Below are positions 41,049-51,962 of a stretch of DNA of 64,000 nucleotides, piece after piece; the stretch's first letter is position 1, and every line of letters starts with the position of its first letter. The position numbers and the translations under genes are program-made. The stretch spans positions 129,359-193,358 of the forward strand of contig CAWINM010000002.1 in NCBI GenBank assembly GCA_963837455.1, written 5' to 3'. The notes beneath the pieces are model-generated. The model saw nothing but the letters and a program-made list of their open reading frames with translations. It was not told where the DNA came from and did not search any database. The stretch is from Thermoanaerobaculia bacterium. Its GTDB lineage: Bacteria > Acidobacteriota > Thermoanaerobaculia > Multivoradales > JAIOJS01.

Positions 41049-42134
41049 ATGGAGTTCACGGGTCGGCTGGGCGCGATGTCGATGTCCGATCTGCTGCAGT
41101 GGCCCAACCACGAGCGGCGGTCGGGATCGCTGGTGGTGCGCACGACACGGCGCGAGAAGCGGGTCGTCTTCGAGCGCGGCCTGGTGGTGGGGTGCGTCTC
41201 CGGCGACCCGGCCGAGTACTTCGGCCAGTACCTGCTGCTCAACGGCTACGTGCCGCGGGAGCGGCTGCTCGAGGCCCTGCAGCTCTGCCGCGCCACCGGG
41301 GCACGGCTGGGGACGGCGCTCGTCGACCTCGGCCTGCTGGCGCCGGACGCCGCCGCCTGGGCGCTCGCCAAGCACATCGAGGAGCGCATCTGCGACCTCT
41401 TCCTCTGGCGTCACGGGGTCTTCTACTTCCTCAGCGAGCTGCCCGAGGTGGGGGACCGGCTCACCGAGCCCCTCGATCCCCTGGCGCTCTCGCTCGAGGG
41501 CACCCGCTGGGCCGACGAGCACGAGCGCATTCGCCAGCTGCTCGTGCACGACGGAGTGGTGCTGCGGTGCGGCCTGGCGCCACCGCCGCCGCAGACCAGC
41601 CCGCTCGTCGAGCGGGTGCTGGCGGTGGTGGCGGACCGGCCGCGCCGGCTCGACGAGCTCTACGCCGCCGTGCAGGGGTCGCACTTCCGCTTCCTCGAGG
41701 TGGTCTACAACCTGCTGGTGGCGGGCACGCTCGAGGTCGATGCGGTGGAGGAGGACGCCGACTCGCAGAGCGACATCCGCATGTTCGACCTGCTGCTCGA
41801 GCAGGCCTCGGAGGAGGACGTGCTGTTCACCCCGCGGCACTTCTCGCTGCCGCTCGAGTGGCTGAATCGCTTCTTCCCGCTCTGGGTGGAGACGGGCGAG
41901 CCGGATGCCACGCCCGCCGAGGAGCGCGACTTCTACCGCCTCATGGACGGCAGCCGCTCGCTCGGTGACCTGGTGCTCACCGAGGTCGACCCGCAGCGGC
42001 GCCAGGAGCGCATGGACCTGGTGCTGATCGAGCTGCAGAAAGGGCGGCTGGCGCTGCTGCCGCGTCCGCTCGCCGAGATCAAGGCGCTCGGGAAGGGCAC
42101 CCGCAACCCCTGGCTGCGGCGCTTCATGGGGTGA
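41049..42134 (+). CDS. DUF4388 domain protein
   Basis: FTGRL..MSMSDLLQW....RRSGSL, RLGTALV.LG, LFLW.HG.F.F. Confidence 0.85.
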   Translation: MEFTGRLGAMSMSDLLQWPNHERRSGSLVVRTTRREKRVVFERGLVVGCVSGDPAEYFGQYLLLNGYVPRERLLEALQLCRATGARLGTALVDLGLLAPDAAAWALAKHIEERICDLFLWRHGVFYFLSELPEVGDRLTEPLDPLALSLEGTRWADEHERIRQLLVHDGVVLRCGLAPPPPQTSPLVERVLAVVADRPRRLDELYAAVQGSHFRFLEVVYNLLVAGTLEVDAVEEDADSQSDIRMFDLLLEQASEEDVLFTPRHFSLPLEWLNRFFPLWVETGEPDATPAEERDFYRLMDGSRSLGDLVLTEVDPQRRQERMDLVLIELQKGRLALLPRPLAEIKALGKGTRNPWLRRFMG

Positions 42135-42146
42135 CGGCGCGGCCCG

Positions 42147-43185
<1,039 letters not shown>

Positions 43186-43325
43186 ACGTTCTCCGCGTCC
43201 TCATGTGCTTGCCGCCGCCACCCACCCTGCGGCCGCGCATCGGCTCGCGCTGGGCTGCTGCTGTCCTGGATAGACGGAAAGGATAGCCGGAATGGCTCCC
43301 CGCGGTGGCTGACTCCCGTGGAAGG

Positions 43326-43354
43326 AAGTTACGCTTGGATTACGCTCTTGTCAA
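43326..43354 (-). promoter_or_regulatory. Sigma-70 promoter of recA overlapped by a direct repeat
   Basis: Minus strand TTGACA-N17-TAACTT; TTACGCT at 43329-43335 and 43340-43346. Confidence 0.7.
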
Positions 43355-43512
43355 GATCCCCGGGCGGCCTCACCGCCGCGTCCCACCGGGCCTCGCTCGG
43401 CGAACCCCGCGGGCTCGGTCCTCCGCCACCGACCCGGGGCTGGCTCCGGCGACCGGGGCGTCGCGACGCCCGCCCGGCGGCGTCCGTTAGAATCTCGTCG
43501 CCGAGCCGACGC

Positions 43513-44484
43513 ATGGCCACCACCCCCACCACCGCCCGCGCCCTCGACGAGACGCTCGCCACCGCCGCCCCCATCCGGCGCCTGGAGGAGAACGTTGGCC
43601 GCGTGCTGCGCGGCAAGCCCGAGGTCATCCGCCTGGCGGTGGTGAGCCTGCTCGCCGGTGGCCACGTGCTCATCGAGGACGTCCCCGGGGTGGGCAAGAC
43701 CTCTCTCGCCCATGCGTTGGCGCGCTCGCTCGGGCTGTCGTTCCAGCGCATCCAGTTCACCTCCGACCTGCTCCCCTCGGACATCCTCGGGGTCTCGATC
43801 TTCAACCAGCGCACCCAGGAGTTCGAGTTCGTACCGGGGCCGGTGTTCGCCAACGTGGTGCTCGCCGACGAGATCAACCGGGCGACACCGAAGACGCAGT
43901 CGGCGCTGCTCGAGGCGATGAGCGAGGGGCGGGTGAGCGTCGAGCGCAAGCGCTTCCTCCTCCCCGAGCCGTTCCTGGTGATCGCCACCCAGAACCCGCT
44001 CGAGCACCAGGGCACCTTCCCGCTGCCCGAGTCGCAGCTCGACCGCTTCCTGATGTCGCTGCAGATCGGCTACCCACCCAGCGAGGACGAGCGGGAGTTG
44101 CTGCTGTCGGGGGGCGTGCAGGCGATCCTCGAGGAGCTGCCGGCGGTGCTCGAGCGCGACGAGCTGATCGGGCTGCAGCGGGCCGCGCAGGCGGTGACGG
44201 TGTCGCCGAAGATCGCCGGCTATCTGCTCGACCTCGCCGAGAGCACCCGCCAGGGGGGCGAGTTCCTGCTCGGCGTCTCCACCCGCGGCGCCCAGGGGCT
44301 CTACCGCGCCGCCCAGGCGCTGGCTCTCGTCGAGGGGCGCCGCTTCGTCGTCCCCGACGACGTGCAGCGGCTGGCGGTGCCGGTGCTCGCCCATCGCGTG
44401 GTGCTGCGCCACGGCGGCGCCGGCGGCGACGCCACCCGGGCCGCCCTCGAGCGCGTCGTCGCCTCGCGCCCCGTGCCGCTGTAG
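43513..44484 (+). CDS. moxR: MoxR-family AAA ATPase
   Basis: EDVPGVGKT, RIQFTSDLLPSD, LADEINR, ATQNP, LPESQLDRF. Confidence 0.93.
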   Translation: MATTPTTARALDETLATAAPIRRLEENVGRVLRGKPEVIRLAVVSLLAGGHVLIEDVPGVGKTSLAHALARSLGLSFQRIQFTSDLLPSDILGVSIFNQRTQEFEFVPGPVFANVVLADEINRATPKTQSALLEAMSEGRVSVERKRFLLPEPFLVIATQNPLEHQGTFPLPESQLDRFLMSLQIGYPPSEDERELLLSGGVQAILEELPAVLERDELIGLQRAAQAVTVSPKIAGYLLDLAESTRQGGEFLLGVSTRGAQGLYRAAQALALVEGRRFVVPDDVQRLAVPVLAHRVVLRHGGAGGDATRAALERVVASRPVPL

Positions 44485-44486
44485 CC

Positions 44487-45635
44487 ATGCGCGGCCGGCG
44501 TTCCCCGCCGCGAGAGCCCAGGGGCCGGGAGGTGGCGCCGCGCGCCCCGCGAGGGGCGGGGAGAGCGGGCAGGGCCGGGTCGGAAGCGGGGGGGTGGGGT
44601 CGGTCGGGAGCCGCCGGTGGGCTGCGGGTGCGAGGCTGGCGCTGGCCGGTGCCGGAGCGGATCCGGCCCACCCGCATCGGCGTCGGCTACATCGTAGGCT
44701 GCGTGCTGGTGGGGGTGGCGGCCACCAACACCGGTAACAACGCGCTCTACATCGTGCTGGCGGTGATGCTCGGGGTGCTGGTGGTCTCGGGCCTCACCTC
44801 GCGGGTCAACCTGCGCGGCCTCGAGCTCGAGCTCGAGCCCCCGAGCGAGGTGTTCGCCAACCGCCCCTTCCACCTCCGGCTCTCGGTGCGCCACGGCGGG
44901 CGCCTGCTGCCGCGCTGGCTGCTGGTCTTCAGCTTGGGCGAGCCCGGGCAGCCGCTGCTGGTTCCCTTCCTGCCACGGCGGGGGAGCAGCCGCGGGTACC
45001 TCGAGCTGCTGGTGCCGCGTCGCGGGCGCCACCGCTTCGCCTGGCTCCACGTCGGCAGCATCTTCCCGCTCGGCTTCTTCCACAAGGGGCTGCGCTACCC
45101 GCTGGAGGCGCAGGTGCTCGTCTACCCGGAGCTGTTCGCGGCCGCCGGTGTCGCCCCCGAGCGCTCCTCCTCGCGTGGCGAGGGGTTCGCGCAGCGCGTC
45201 GGTTGGGGGCACGATCTGCACTCGCTGCGCGCCTTCCGCCACGGCGACGATCCGCGCCGCATCCACTGGAAGCAGACCGCGCGCACCGGCTCGATGATCT
45301 ACACCGAGCGCGAGGCCGAGGAGGGACGGCGGCTGTCGATCGTCTTCGACAACGCGGTGGGGGAGCTGGCGACGGCGGCCGCGACGGCGCGCTTCGAGAA
45401 GCTGGTGAGCGAGGCGGCGACCGCCGCCGTCGACTACCTCGACCGCGGCTTCGACGTCGAGCTGGTGACGCGCGACGACCGTCTCGGCTTCGCCGGCGGC
45501 CCGCTGCAGCGGCGGGCGGTGCTCGCGGCGCTGGCGCTGATCGAGCCGCGGCCACTGGCGACCGAGCCGCTGCGCGGGTCGGCGGCCGACTCGCCACAGC
45601 TGCGGCTGGCGATGGAGCCCGCGGAGGCGGCGTGA
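44487..45635 (+). CDS. DUF58 domain protein
   Basis: AATNTGNN TM pair, FPLG, LRAFRHGDD.RRIHWK.TAR. True start may be near 44649. Confidence 0.88.
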   Translation: MRGRRSPPREPRGREVAPRAPRGAGRAGRAGSEAGGWGRSGAAGGLRVRGWRWPVPERIRPTRIGVGYIVGCVLVGVAATNTGNNALYIVLAVMLGVLVVSGLTSRVNLRGLELELEPPSEVFANRPFHLRLSVRHGGRLLPRWLLVFSLGEPGQPLLVPFLPRRGSSRGYLELLVPRRGRHRFAWLHVGSIFPLGFFHKGLRYPLEAQVLVYPELFAAAGVAPERSSSRGEGFAQRVGWGHDLHSLRAFRHGDDPRRIHWKQTARTGSMIYTEREAEEGRRLSIVFDNAVGELATAAATARFEKLVSEAATAAVDYLDRGFDVELVTRDDRLGFAGGPLQRRAVLAALALIEPRPLATEPLRGSAADSPQLRLAMEPAEAA

Positions 45636-47722
45636 GCTTCGGGCGCGAGAAACGGCTGCTGCTTGCCGCGCTGGCGTTGCTGGCGCCGCTGCCGCTGCCC
45701 TTCAACGAGGTGCTCGCCTGGCCGATCCTGCTCGCCTTCTGGGTGCTGCTGGCGATCTTCGTGCGCCGCGCCTGGCGCGACCCGGCGAGCTGGCTGCCGA
45801 GCTGGGCGATGAACCTGCTGGGTCTCGCCTACCTGCCCGTCCTCTACGTCGACCTGGTGGTGTTCTGGAGCGGCCAGCTGGTGCGCCCGGTCATCCACCT
45901 GGCGCTCTTCGCGGTGGGCGTCAAGCTGTTCGCGCTGCGCCAGGAGCGCGACAAGTGGCACGTGGTGATCGGCGCCTTCTTCCTCTTCCTGGCGGCGATG
46001 GGCACCAGCGTCCACCCCAGCATCATGCTCTACCTCGCGGCGTTCGTCGGCCTCATGCTCACCCTGCTGGCGCGCTTCGCCTACTTCTCGGTGCTGGCGC
46101 GCTTCGGCTACCGCCGCGAGGAGCCGGTACGGGCGCCGCTGCGGGGCTTCGTTGTCGGCGCCACCCTCGCCGCCATCGTCCTCGCCGCGCCGCTGTTCGC
46201 CCTGCTGCCGCGCATCCGCACCCCCTACCTGCTGGTGCGCGGCACCGGCACCGGCACGGTGGTGCACGCCGCCGGCTTCTCGGACCTCATCACCCTCGAC
46301 AGCATCGGCAGCGCGCGCGCCAGCCGGCAGGTGCTGCTGCGGATGCGCTTCGCGCCGCAGCCGCGGCCGCGACGCGAGATCCGCATCAAGGCCGACACCT
46401 ACGACCTCTACGACGGCCGTACCTGGCGCGCCAACCCCAACCCGTTCCCCATCGCCCCCGATCCCGGCGGCACCTTCCGCCTCGGCCTCGGGTCGGCGCG
46501 CCAGCAGGCGGAGATCTGGCTGCTGCCCTGGAACAGCACCGCGCTGCCGCTGCCGGTGCAGGCGTTGGGAGTGGCGGTGCGGGCGCCCGCGCTGGCGCGT
46601 GACCGTGGCGGCGCGGTGAGCCTCTACTTCGTGCCGGCGACGATCCTGCGCTACGACGTCGACCTCGCCGACCGTCCGGTGCTCGACGGCTTGCCGCCGC
46701 CGCGCTTCGATCGCCCCGACGAGGCGAGCCTCGACAGCCGCGGGGTGACGCCGCGCATCGCCACCCTGGCGGCGCAGGTGATGGGTACCGGCACGGCGCT
46801 CGAGCGCGCGCAGCGGCTCGAGCAGCACCTGTCGACGCGCTACGGCTACACCACGGAGTTCGTGGGGCGCTCGGGGCAGCTCGCGCTCGAGGACTTCCTC
46901 TTCCGCACCCGCCGCGGCCACTGCGAGTTCTTCGCCACCGCGATGGTGGTGATGCTGCGCAGCCAGGGCATCCCGGCGCGCTTCGTCACCGGCTTCCTCG
47001 GTGGCGAGGAGAACACGTTCGAGGGCTACTACATCGTGCGGGAGAGCAACGCCCACGCCTGGGTGGAGGCGTGGATCGACGGCCGGGGCTGGGAGGTGTT
47101 CGACCCCACCCCGGCGGCGGGGCGGCCAGGAGCGAGCGAGCGGGACCTGCCGCTCCTGCTGAGCGAGGCCTGGGACTACCTGAGCTTCCGCTGGGACCGC
47201 TACGTGCTCACCTTCGGCTTCTACGACCAGCTGCAACTGCTGCTGCAAGCGCGCTCGGTGTGGCTGTCGTTCTGGCGGTTGTTCCAGCACCCGGGAGTGC
47301 CGGGAATCGCGACGCCGTCGACCGGCACGCTGCCAGCCGGGCCCACGGGGCCCTCGCACGAGGAGCTCGGGTGGCGGCAGTGGCGGCTGCCGATGACGCT
47401 GCTGATCGTGGCAATGGCGCTCGCCGGGCTCGCCTGGTTCCTCGTCCAGCGGCGCCGCCAGCGGCGTACGGCCACCGACAGCTACCGCCGCCTGCGCCTG
47501 CGTCTCGAGCGCAGCGGCCTGCCGGTCCCGGAGTCGCTGGCGCCGTTGCACTTCGCCCGCACCGCCGGCGACCGCTTCCCGCAGGTCGCCGCCCCCACCG
47601 GTCGCCTCGTCGACCTCTACCTGCGCGAGAGCTTCGCCAGCGAGGCGCTCACCGAGCCGGAGCTGGGCGAGGCCCTCGCCTCGCTGCGCGAGGTGGAGCA
47701 GCTGCTGCGCAAAGCCGGCTGA
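45632..47722 (+). CDS. DUF3488 + transglutaminase membrane protein (TgpA-like)
   Basis: Multiple TM helices; triad GHCEFFA, AHAWVE, FDPTP; GTGA overlap with DUF58. Confidence 0.9.
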   Translation: MSFGREKRLLLAALALLAPLPLPFNEVLAWPILLAFWVLLAIFVRRAWRDPASWLPSWAMNLLGLAYLPVLYVDLVVFWSGQLVRPVIHLALFAVGVKLFALRQERDKWHVVIGAFFLFLAAMGTSVHPSIMLYLAAFVGLMLTLLARFAYFSVLARFGYRREEPVRAPLRGFVVGATLAAIVLAAPLFALLPRIRTPYLLVRGTGTGTVVHAAGFSDLITLDSIGSARASRQVLLRMRFAPQPRPRREIRIKADTYDLYDGRTWRANPNPFPIAPDPGGTFRLGLGSARQQAEIWLLPWNSTALPLPVQALGVAVRAPALARDRGGAVSLYFVPATILRYDVDLADRPVLDGLPPPRFDRPDEASLDSRGVTPRIATLAAQVMGTGTALERAQRLEQHLSTRYGYTTEFVGRSGQLALEDFLFRTRRGHCEFFATAMVVMLRSQGIPARFVTGFLGGEENTFEGYYIVRESNAHAWVEAWIDGRGWEVFDPTPAAGRPGASERDLPLLLSEAWDYLSFRWDRYVLTFGFYDQLQLLLQARSVWLSFWRLFQHPGVPGIATPSTGTLPAGPTGPSHEELGWRQWRLPMTLLIVAMALAGLAWFLVQRRRQRRTATDSYRRLRLRLERSGLPVPESLAPLHFARTAGDRFPQVAAPTGRLVDLYLRESFASEALTEPELGEALASLREVEQLLRKAG

Positions 47723-47769
47723 CGGCGTCGAGACCATCTCGGCGGCGCCGCGCCGCCAGCGGCGCCGGC

Positions 47770-49209
47770 TCAGTAGGCGTTGTGGTGGTGCAACCCCTGG
47801 CGCAGCGTCATCCAGAGGATCTTGAGGTCGAGCTTGAGCGACCAGTTCTCGATGTAGTAAAGGTCGTACTGGATGCGTTTGCGGATCGACGTGTTGCCGC
47901 GCCAGCCGTGCACCTGCGCCCAGCCGGTGATGCCCGCCTTCACGCGGTGGCGCAGCATGTACTGCGGCACCTTGTGCTTGAACTCGCGCACGAAGGTGGG
48001 GCGCTCGGGGCGCGGGCCGACCAGCGACATGTCGCCGCGCAGCACGTTCCACAGCTGCGGCAGCTCGTCGATCGACCAGCGGCGCAGGAAGCTGCCCAGG
48101 CGCGTGCGGCGGCCGTCGTTCTTGATCGCCCACACCGGCCCGGTCGACCCCTCGGCGTCGGCGCGCATGGAGCGGAACTTCCAGATCATGAACGGCTTGC
48201 CGTCGAGGCCCATGCGCTCCTGGCGGTACAGCACCGGACCGCGGTCCTCGAGCCAGACGGCGAGGGCGATGAGCGGCAGCACCGGTACCACGAAGGTGAG
48301 GGCGACGAGGCCGGCCGCCGAGACGAGGACGTCCATGCCGCGCTTGACCAGGCTGCTCCACCCCTGCAGCGGCACCTGCGAGAGGTTGATCACCGGCGTG
48401 CCGTCGAGGTCCTCGAGCGTCGCCTTGAGAGTGGCGTATTGGAGGATGTCGGGGACCAGCTTGACCTCGACGCACTCGCTGCGCACGCGCTCGAGGGCGC
48501 GCAGCATCTTCTTGTGCGCCTCGAGCGGCAGGGCGATGTAGACCTGGTCGATCCGCTGTTCCTCGAGCAACCGGTCGGCGTCTTGGATCGTGCCCAGCAC
48601 CGGGGCGCCGTGGAAGCTGGTGCCGGCTTTGCCCGGGTCGTCGTCGAGGAAGCCCACCAGCTGCAGGCCGAGCTCGCGGTGGTCCTGCAGCTTCTTCGCG
48701 ATCTCGCGCCCCAGCATGCCGGCGCCGACCACCAGGATCCGCTGCTGGCTGTGGCCGGAGAGCTGCCGGCGCTGCAGCGCCCAGCGGATGCTCATGCGCG
48801 ACGCCGACACCGCCAGCAGGTCGAGGAAGACGAACAGCCCCATGAACCAGCGGCTGTACGTGAAGTAGCTGGTGCTGCCCGGCTCGAGCGGTGGCCGGTA
48901 CCAGGCGCTGAAGGTCGAGAGCAGGATGGCGGCGAGCAGGATCGCCACCACCACCGTCAGCACCTCGTCGACGCGGCTGCGGCCGCGGCGGGTCTGGTAG
49001 AGGCCGTGGAAGTAGAACACCACCGGCCAGATGAGCAGCACCGCCGGCAGCAGCTCGAGATAGCGCTGGAACTCCGGCACGCCGTGCACCACCGGCACGA
49101 CCGGGTTCTCGAAGCGCAGGTTCCAGGCGGTGAAGAAGGCGACGAGAGTCGCGCCGAGGTCGCCGGCCAGGTACAGGGCCGCGCGGGCGCGATGCCGACG
49201 TTGGATCAA
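47770..49209 (-). CDS. wcaJ: Undecaprenyl-phosphate glucose phosphotransferase (WcaJ family)
   Basis: KRGMD, KFRSM, DELPQLWNVLRGDMSLVGPRPE, GITGWAQV, YDLYYIENWS. Confidence 0.9.
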   Translation of the reverse strand: MIQRRHRARAALYLAGDLGATLVAFFTAWNLRFENPVVPVVHGVPEFQRYLELLPAVLLIWPVVFYFHGLYQTRRGRSRVDEVLTVVVAILLAAILLSTFSAWYRPPLEPGSTSYFTYSRWFMGLFVFLDLLAVSASRMSIRWALQRRQLSGHSQQRILVVGAGMLGREIAKKLQDHRELGLQLVGFLDDDPGKAGTSFHGAPVLGTIQDADRLLEEQRIDQVYIALPLEAHKKMLRALERVRSECVEVKLVPDILQYATLKATLEDLDGTPVINLSQVPLQGWSSLVKRGMDVLVSAAGLVALTFVVPVLPLIALAVWLEDRGPVLYRQERMGLDGKPFMIWKFRSMRADAEGSTGPVWAIKNDGRRTRLGSFLRRWSIDELPQLWNVLRGDMSLVGPRPERPTFVREFKHKVPQYMLRHRVKAGITGWAQVHGWRGNTSIRKRIQYDLYYIENWSLKLDLKILWMTLRQGLHHHNAY

Positions 49210-49335
49210 GCCGACCCCTCCGGGAGAATGACCGATACAGCCGACCCCTCACCGTCCGGCGGCTGGGAGCGCGGGGCGAAGCCTACCGACCGGCGACGCA
49301 GGTTCAAGCGATTGAACCGAATCCGTTCAGATTTG

Positions 49336-50577
49336 TCAATGGGAGCCGTCGGGAGGACGCGGTGCGGGCGGTCTTGTCGCAGACCGCGGCTCGCCCGCTC
49401 GCCTCTCGGCCAGCTCCTTCGGCATCTGCCAGGCGCCGGAGGCGCTGAGGCTGGCCGTCGGCGTTCCTTCGAGGACGCTCTTGTATACGGCCATCGTGCG
49501 CTTGGCCGTTCGTTCCCAGGAGAACTCGCGGGCGCGGCGCCGGCCCAGCTCGGCGAGGGTGGCGCGCTGCTCGGGAGCTGCCATCGAGTGCGCGATGGCG
49601 CGAGCCAGCGCCTCGACGTCGAGCGGATTGACCAGGTGGGCGAACCCCTCGCCGATCTCCCGAAGCGCCGAAGTGTTGGAGGTGATGACAGGAACGCCGG
49701 AGGCCATCGCCTCCACCACCGGCAGGCCGAACCCTTCGTAGAGCGTGGGGTAGAGAAACAGCGTCGCTCCCTGGTAGATCGCCGGCAGCGCCTCGTCGGC
49801 GACCTGCCCGAGCAGTCGGATGCGATGGGAGACGCCGGCGGCCTCGGCGCGCTGGCGGGTGCGCAGGTCGGCCTCCGGCCCGCCACCTACGCACACCAGG
49901 TCACCCTCGAAGGGGTGGATCGACAGCGCCTTGGCGAAGGCCTGGATGACGTTGTCGAGGTTCTTGTGCGGCTTGGGGTTGCCGACGAAGAGCAGGTAGG
50001 GGGGCGCGATCCCCAGCTGCCGCTGCCAGCGCTCGAGCTCGGCGGCCGGGAGGCGCTGGTGGAAGACCGCGTCGACGCCGTTGTAGACCACCTCGATGTT
50101 GCGGCCGTCGGCGTCGAGGAAGCGCAGGAGGTCCGAGCGCGTGTTCTGCGAGACGGCGATCACCCGGTCACTGCGCGCGAGGGTACGGCGGATCATCCGC
50201 TGCGCGTAGAAGAAGGCGAGCCGTGAGGGCAGGAACTCCGGGTAGAGGAGGTGGATGATGTCGTGGATCGTCACCACCGACTTGCAGGGCACCACCAGCG
50301 GCAGCACGTAGTGGGTGGCGTGGTAGAGGTCGAGCTTCAGCCGCCACAGCCGCCAGGAGAGGGCGAACAGCTCGCGGATGCTGTACACCCTGGCCCCCTC
50401 GGGGACGAGCTGGAAGTTGTCGGGCAGGCCGCCGAGGACCTCCGGCCCGTTGGGACCCACCAGCAGCAGGTACCGGTTTTCCTGGTCGAGCTGGGCCAGC
50501 CCGCGCACCAGGTTGCGCACGTAAGTCCCGATCCCGAAGTCGCGGATCTTGCGCGCGTCGATGCCGATCACTGCCAT
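49336..50577 (-). CDS. Glycosyltransferase family 4
   Basis: IGIDAR, VTIHD, KPHKN, YEGFGLPVVEAM. Confidence 0.92.
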   Translation of the reverse strand: MAVIGIDARKIRDFGIGTYVRNLVRGLAQLDQENRYLLLVGPNGPEVLGGLPDNFQLVPEGARVYSIRELFALSWRLWRLKLDLYHATHYVLPLVVPCKSVVTIHDIIHLLYPEFLPSRLAFFYAQRMIRRTLARSDRVIAVSQNTRSDLLRFLDADGRNIEVVYNGVDAVFHQRLPAAELERWQRQLGIAPPYLLFVGNPKPHKNLDNVIQAFAKALSIHPFEGDLVCVGGGPEADLRTRQRAEAAGVSHRIRLLGQVADEALPAIYQGATLFLYPTLYEGFGLPVVEAMASGVPVITSNTSALREIGEGFAHLVNPLDVEALARAIAHSMAAPEQRATLAELGRRRAREFSWERTAKRTMAVYKSVLEGTPTASLSASGAWQMPKELAERRAGEPRSATRPPAPRPPDGSH

Positions 50578-50687
50578 TGCGGAATGCCTCGTACGATCGT
50601 CGGCATCGACACGAGATGAGGGGACGCCGCGTCGATGCCGATCACTGCCATCGAAGAACGCCTCGTACGATCATCGGCATCGACGCG
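50554..50687. repeat. Two 60-bp units (period 74 bp), each bounded by 15-bp inverted arms, overlapping the GT4 start
   Basis: cgcgtcgatgccgat at 50554 and 50628; inverse arms at 50599-50613 (13/15) and 50673-50687 (15/15). Confidence 0.9.
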
Positions 50688-50732
50688 AAATCGCGGCTCT
50701 CGCGGAACGCCTGGTACCCATCGCCTCCACCC

Positions 50733-51962
50733 TCACGCTACCAGTGCCTCGAGCAGAACCGCTTCCAGTTGCGCGGCGCTGGTCTCCCACGAGAAGCGGG
50801 CCGCCTGGCGGGGGCCGCGCGCCGCCAGCTCGGCGGCGCGCGCCGGCTCGTCGAGGAGGCGGCGCAGCGCGTCGGCGAGCTCGCCCGGGTCGTGGGCGTC
50901 GACCAGCCATGCCGCCTCGCCCACCACCTCGGGCAGGCTGCTGGTGTGCGCCACCACCGTCGGCACGCCGCAGGCGAGCGCCTCCACCGCCGGCAGGCCG
51001 AACCCCTCGTAGAGGCTGGGGTAGACGAAGCAGCGCGCCGCCTGCAGGACGCTCAGGTGCTCCTCGTCGCCCAGGCGGCCGAGCAGCCGCACGCCGGCGC
51101 CGGCCTCGCGCTCGAGCCGTTGCAGCAGGTCGCGGCTCTTCCAGCCGTAGCCGCCGGCGAGCAAGAGCGGCGGCGGATCCGCCCCCTCGGCGCGCAGTGC
51201 CAGCCAGGCGTCGAGCAGCAGGGCGACGTTCTTGCGCGGCTCGAGCGTGCCGGCGTAGAGCACGTAGCCCTGCGGGCAGCCGAGCCGCTGCCGCGTCGCC
51301 GCCACCTGCTCGGGGCTCGCCGGCGCGAAACGAGGCTCCACCCCGGCCCACACCACGCGCAGTCGGTCGGTTGCCTCGGGGAAGAAGTGCCGCACGTCGG
51401 CGGCGGTGGCCTCGGAGTCGACGACGATCCGGCGCGCTCGCGCCAGGCTGCGGGCGAGGAAGGGGACTTGCGTGAGCTTCACCTTCAGGCGGTGGGTCTC
51501 GGGCAGCAGCAGGGTGGTGAGGTCGTGCACCGTCACCACGGCGGGCACGCTCCCCAGCAGGGGGAGTGTCTGCAGTGGCGACCAGAAGAGGTCGACGTCG
51601 CCGCGCGCGAGCCGCCGCGGCAGCCGCAGCTGCTGCCAGAGCACCCCATAGGGGGCCGGCTGCGCCTCGAAGGCGATGCCGGCCTCGCGCAGCCAGCCGC
51701 CGTGGCGGGGCGATCGGTGGGCGACCGCGAGCAGCTCGAAGCTGCCGCGGCGTGCCAGCGCGGTGAGCAGCGCCCGGGTGTAGACGCCGATGCCGGTGAC
51801 CTCGCCGAGGGCAGCCCGCAGGTCCACGGCGAGCCGAGGGGTGCCGCGCTGCGCGAGCGACGGCACGGACGAGGGTCGCGTCACGGCCCGTGGCTCGGGC
51901 GGCGGGACGGTGGCGGCGCGCGGCGAGGAGGGCGGGGGCGGGAGGTCACGGATGGGACGCAT
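50733..51962 (-). CDS. Glycosyltransferase family 4
   Basis: LAVDLR...TGIGVY, VTVHD, EPRKN, YEGFGLP.VEA. Start approximate; TATACT 11 nt upstream. Confidence 0.85.
   Translation of the reverse strand: MRPIRDLPPPPSSPRAATVPPPEPRAVTRPSSVPSLAQRGTPRLAVDLRAALGEVTGIGVYTRALLTALARRGSFELLAVAHRSPRHGGWLREAGIAFEAQPAPYGVLWQQLRLPRRLARGDVDLFWSPLQTLPLLGSVPAVVTVHDLTTLLLPETHRLKVKLTQVPFLARSLARARRIVVDSEATAADVRHFFPEATDRLRVVWAGVEPRFAPASPEQVAATRQRLGCPQGYVLYAGTLEPRKNVALLLDAWLALRAEGADPPPLLLAGGYGWKSRDLLQRLEREAGAGVRLLGRLGDEEHLSVLQAARCFVYPSLYEGFGLPAVEALACGVPTVVAHTSSLPEVVGEAAWLVDAHDPGELADALRRLLDEPARAAELAARGPRQAARFSWETSAAQLEAVLLEALVA

Noticed and set aside
50554-50687. Mini CRISPR array
   Set aside because: Only two units, the loop is itself repeated, the unit overlaps coding sequence, and there are no cas genes.
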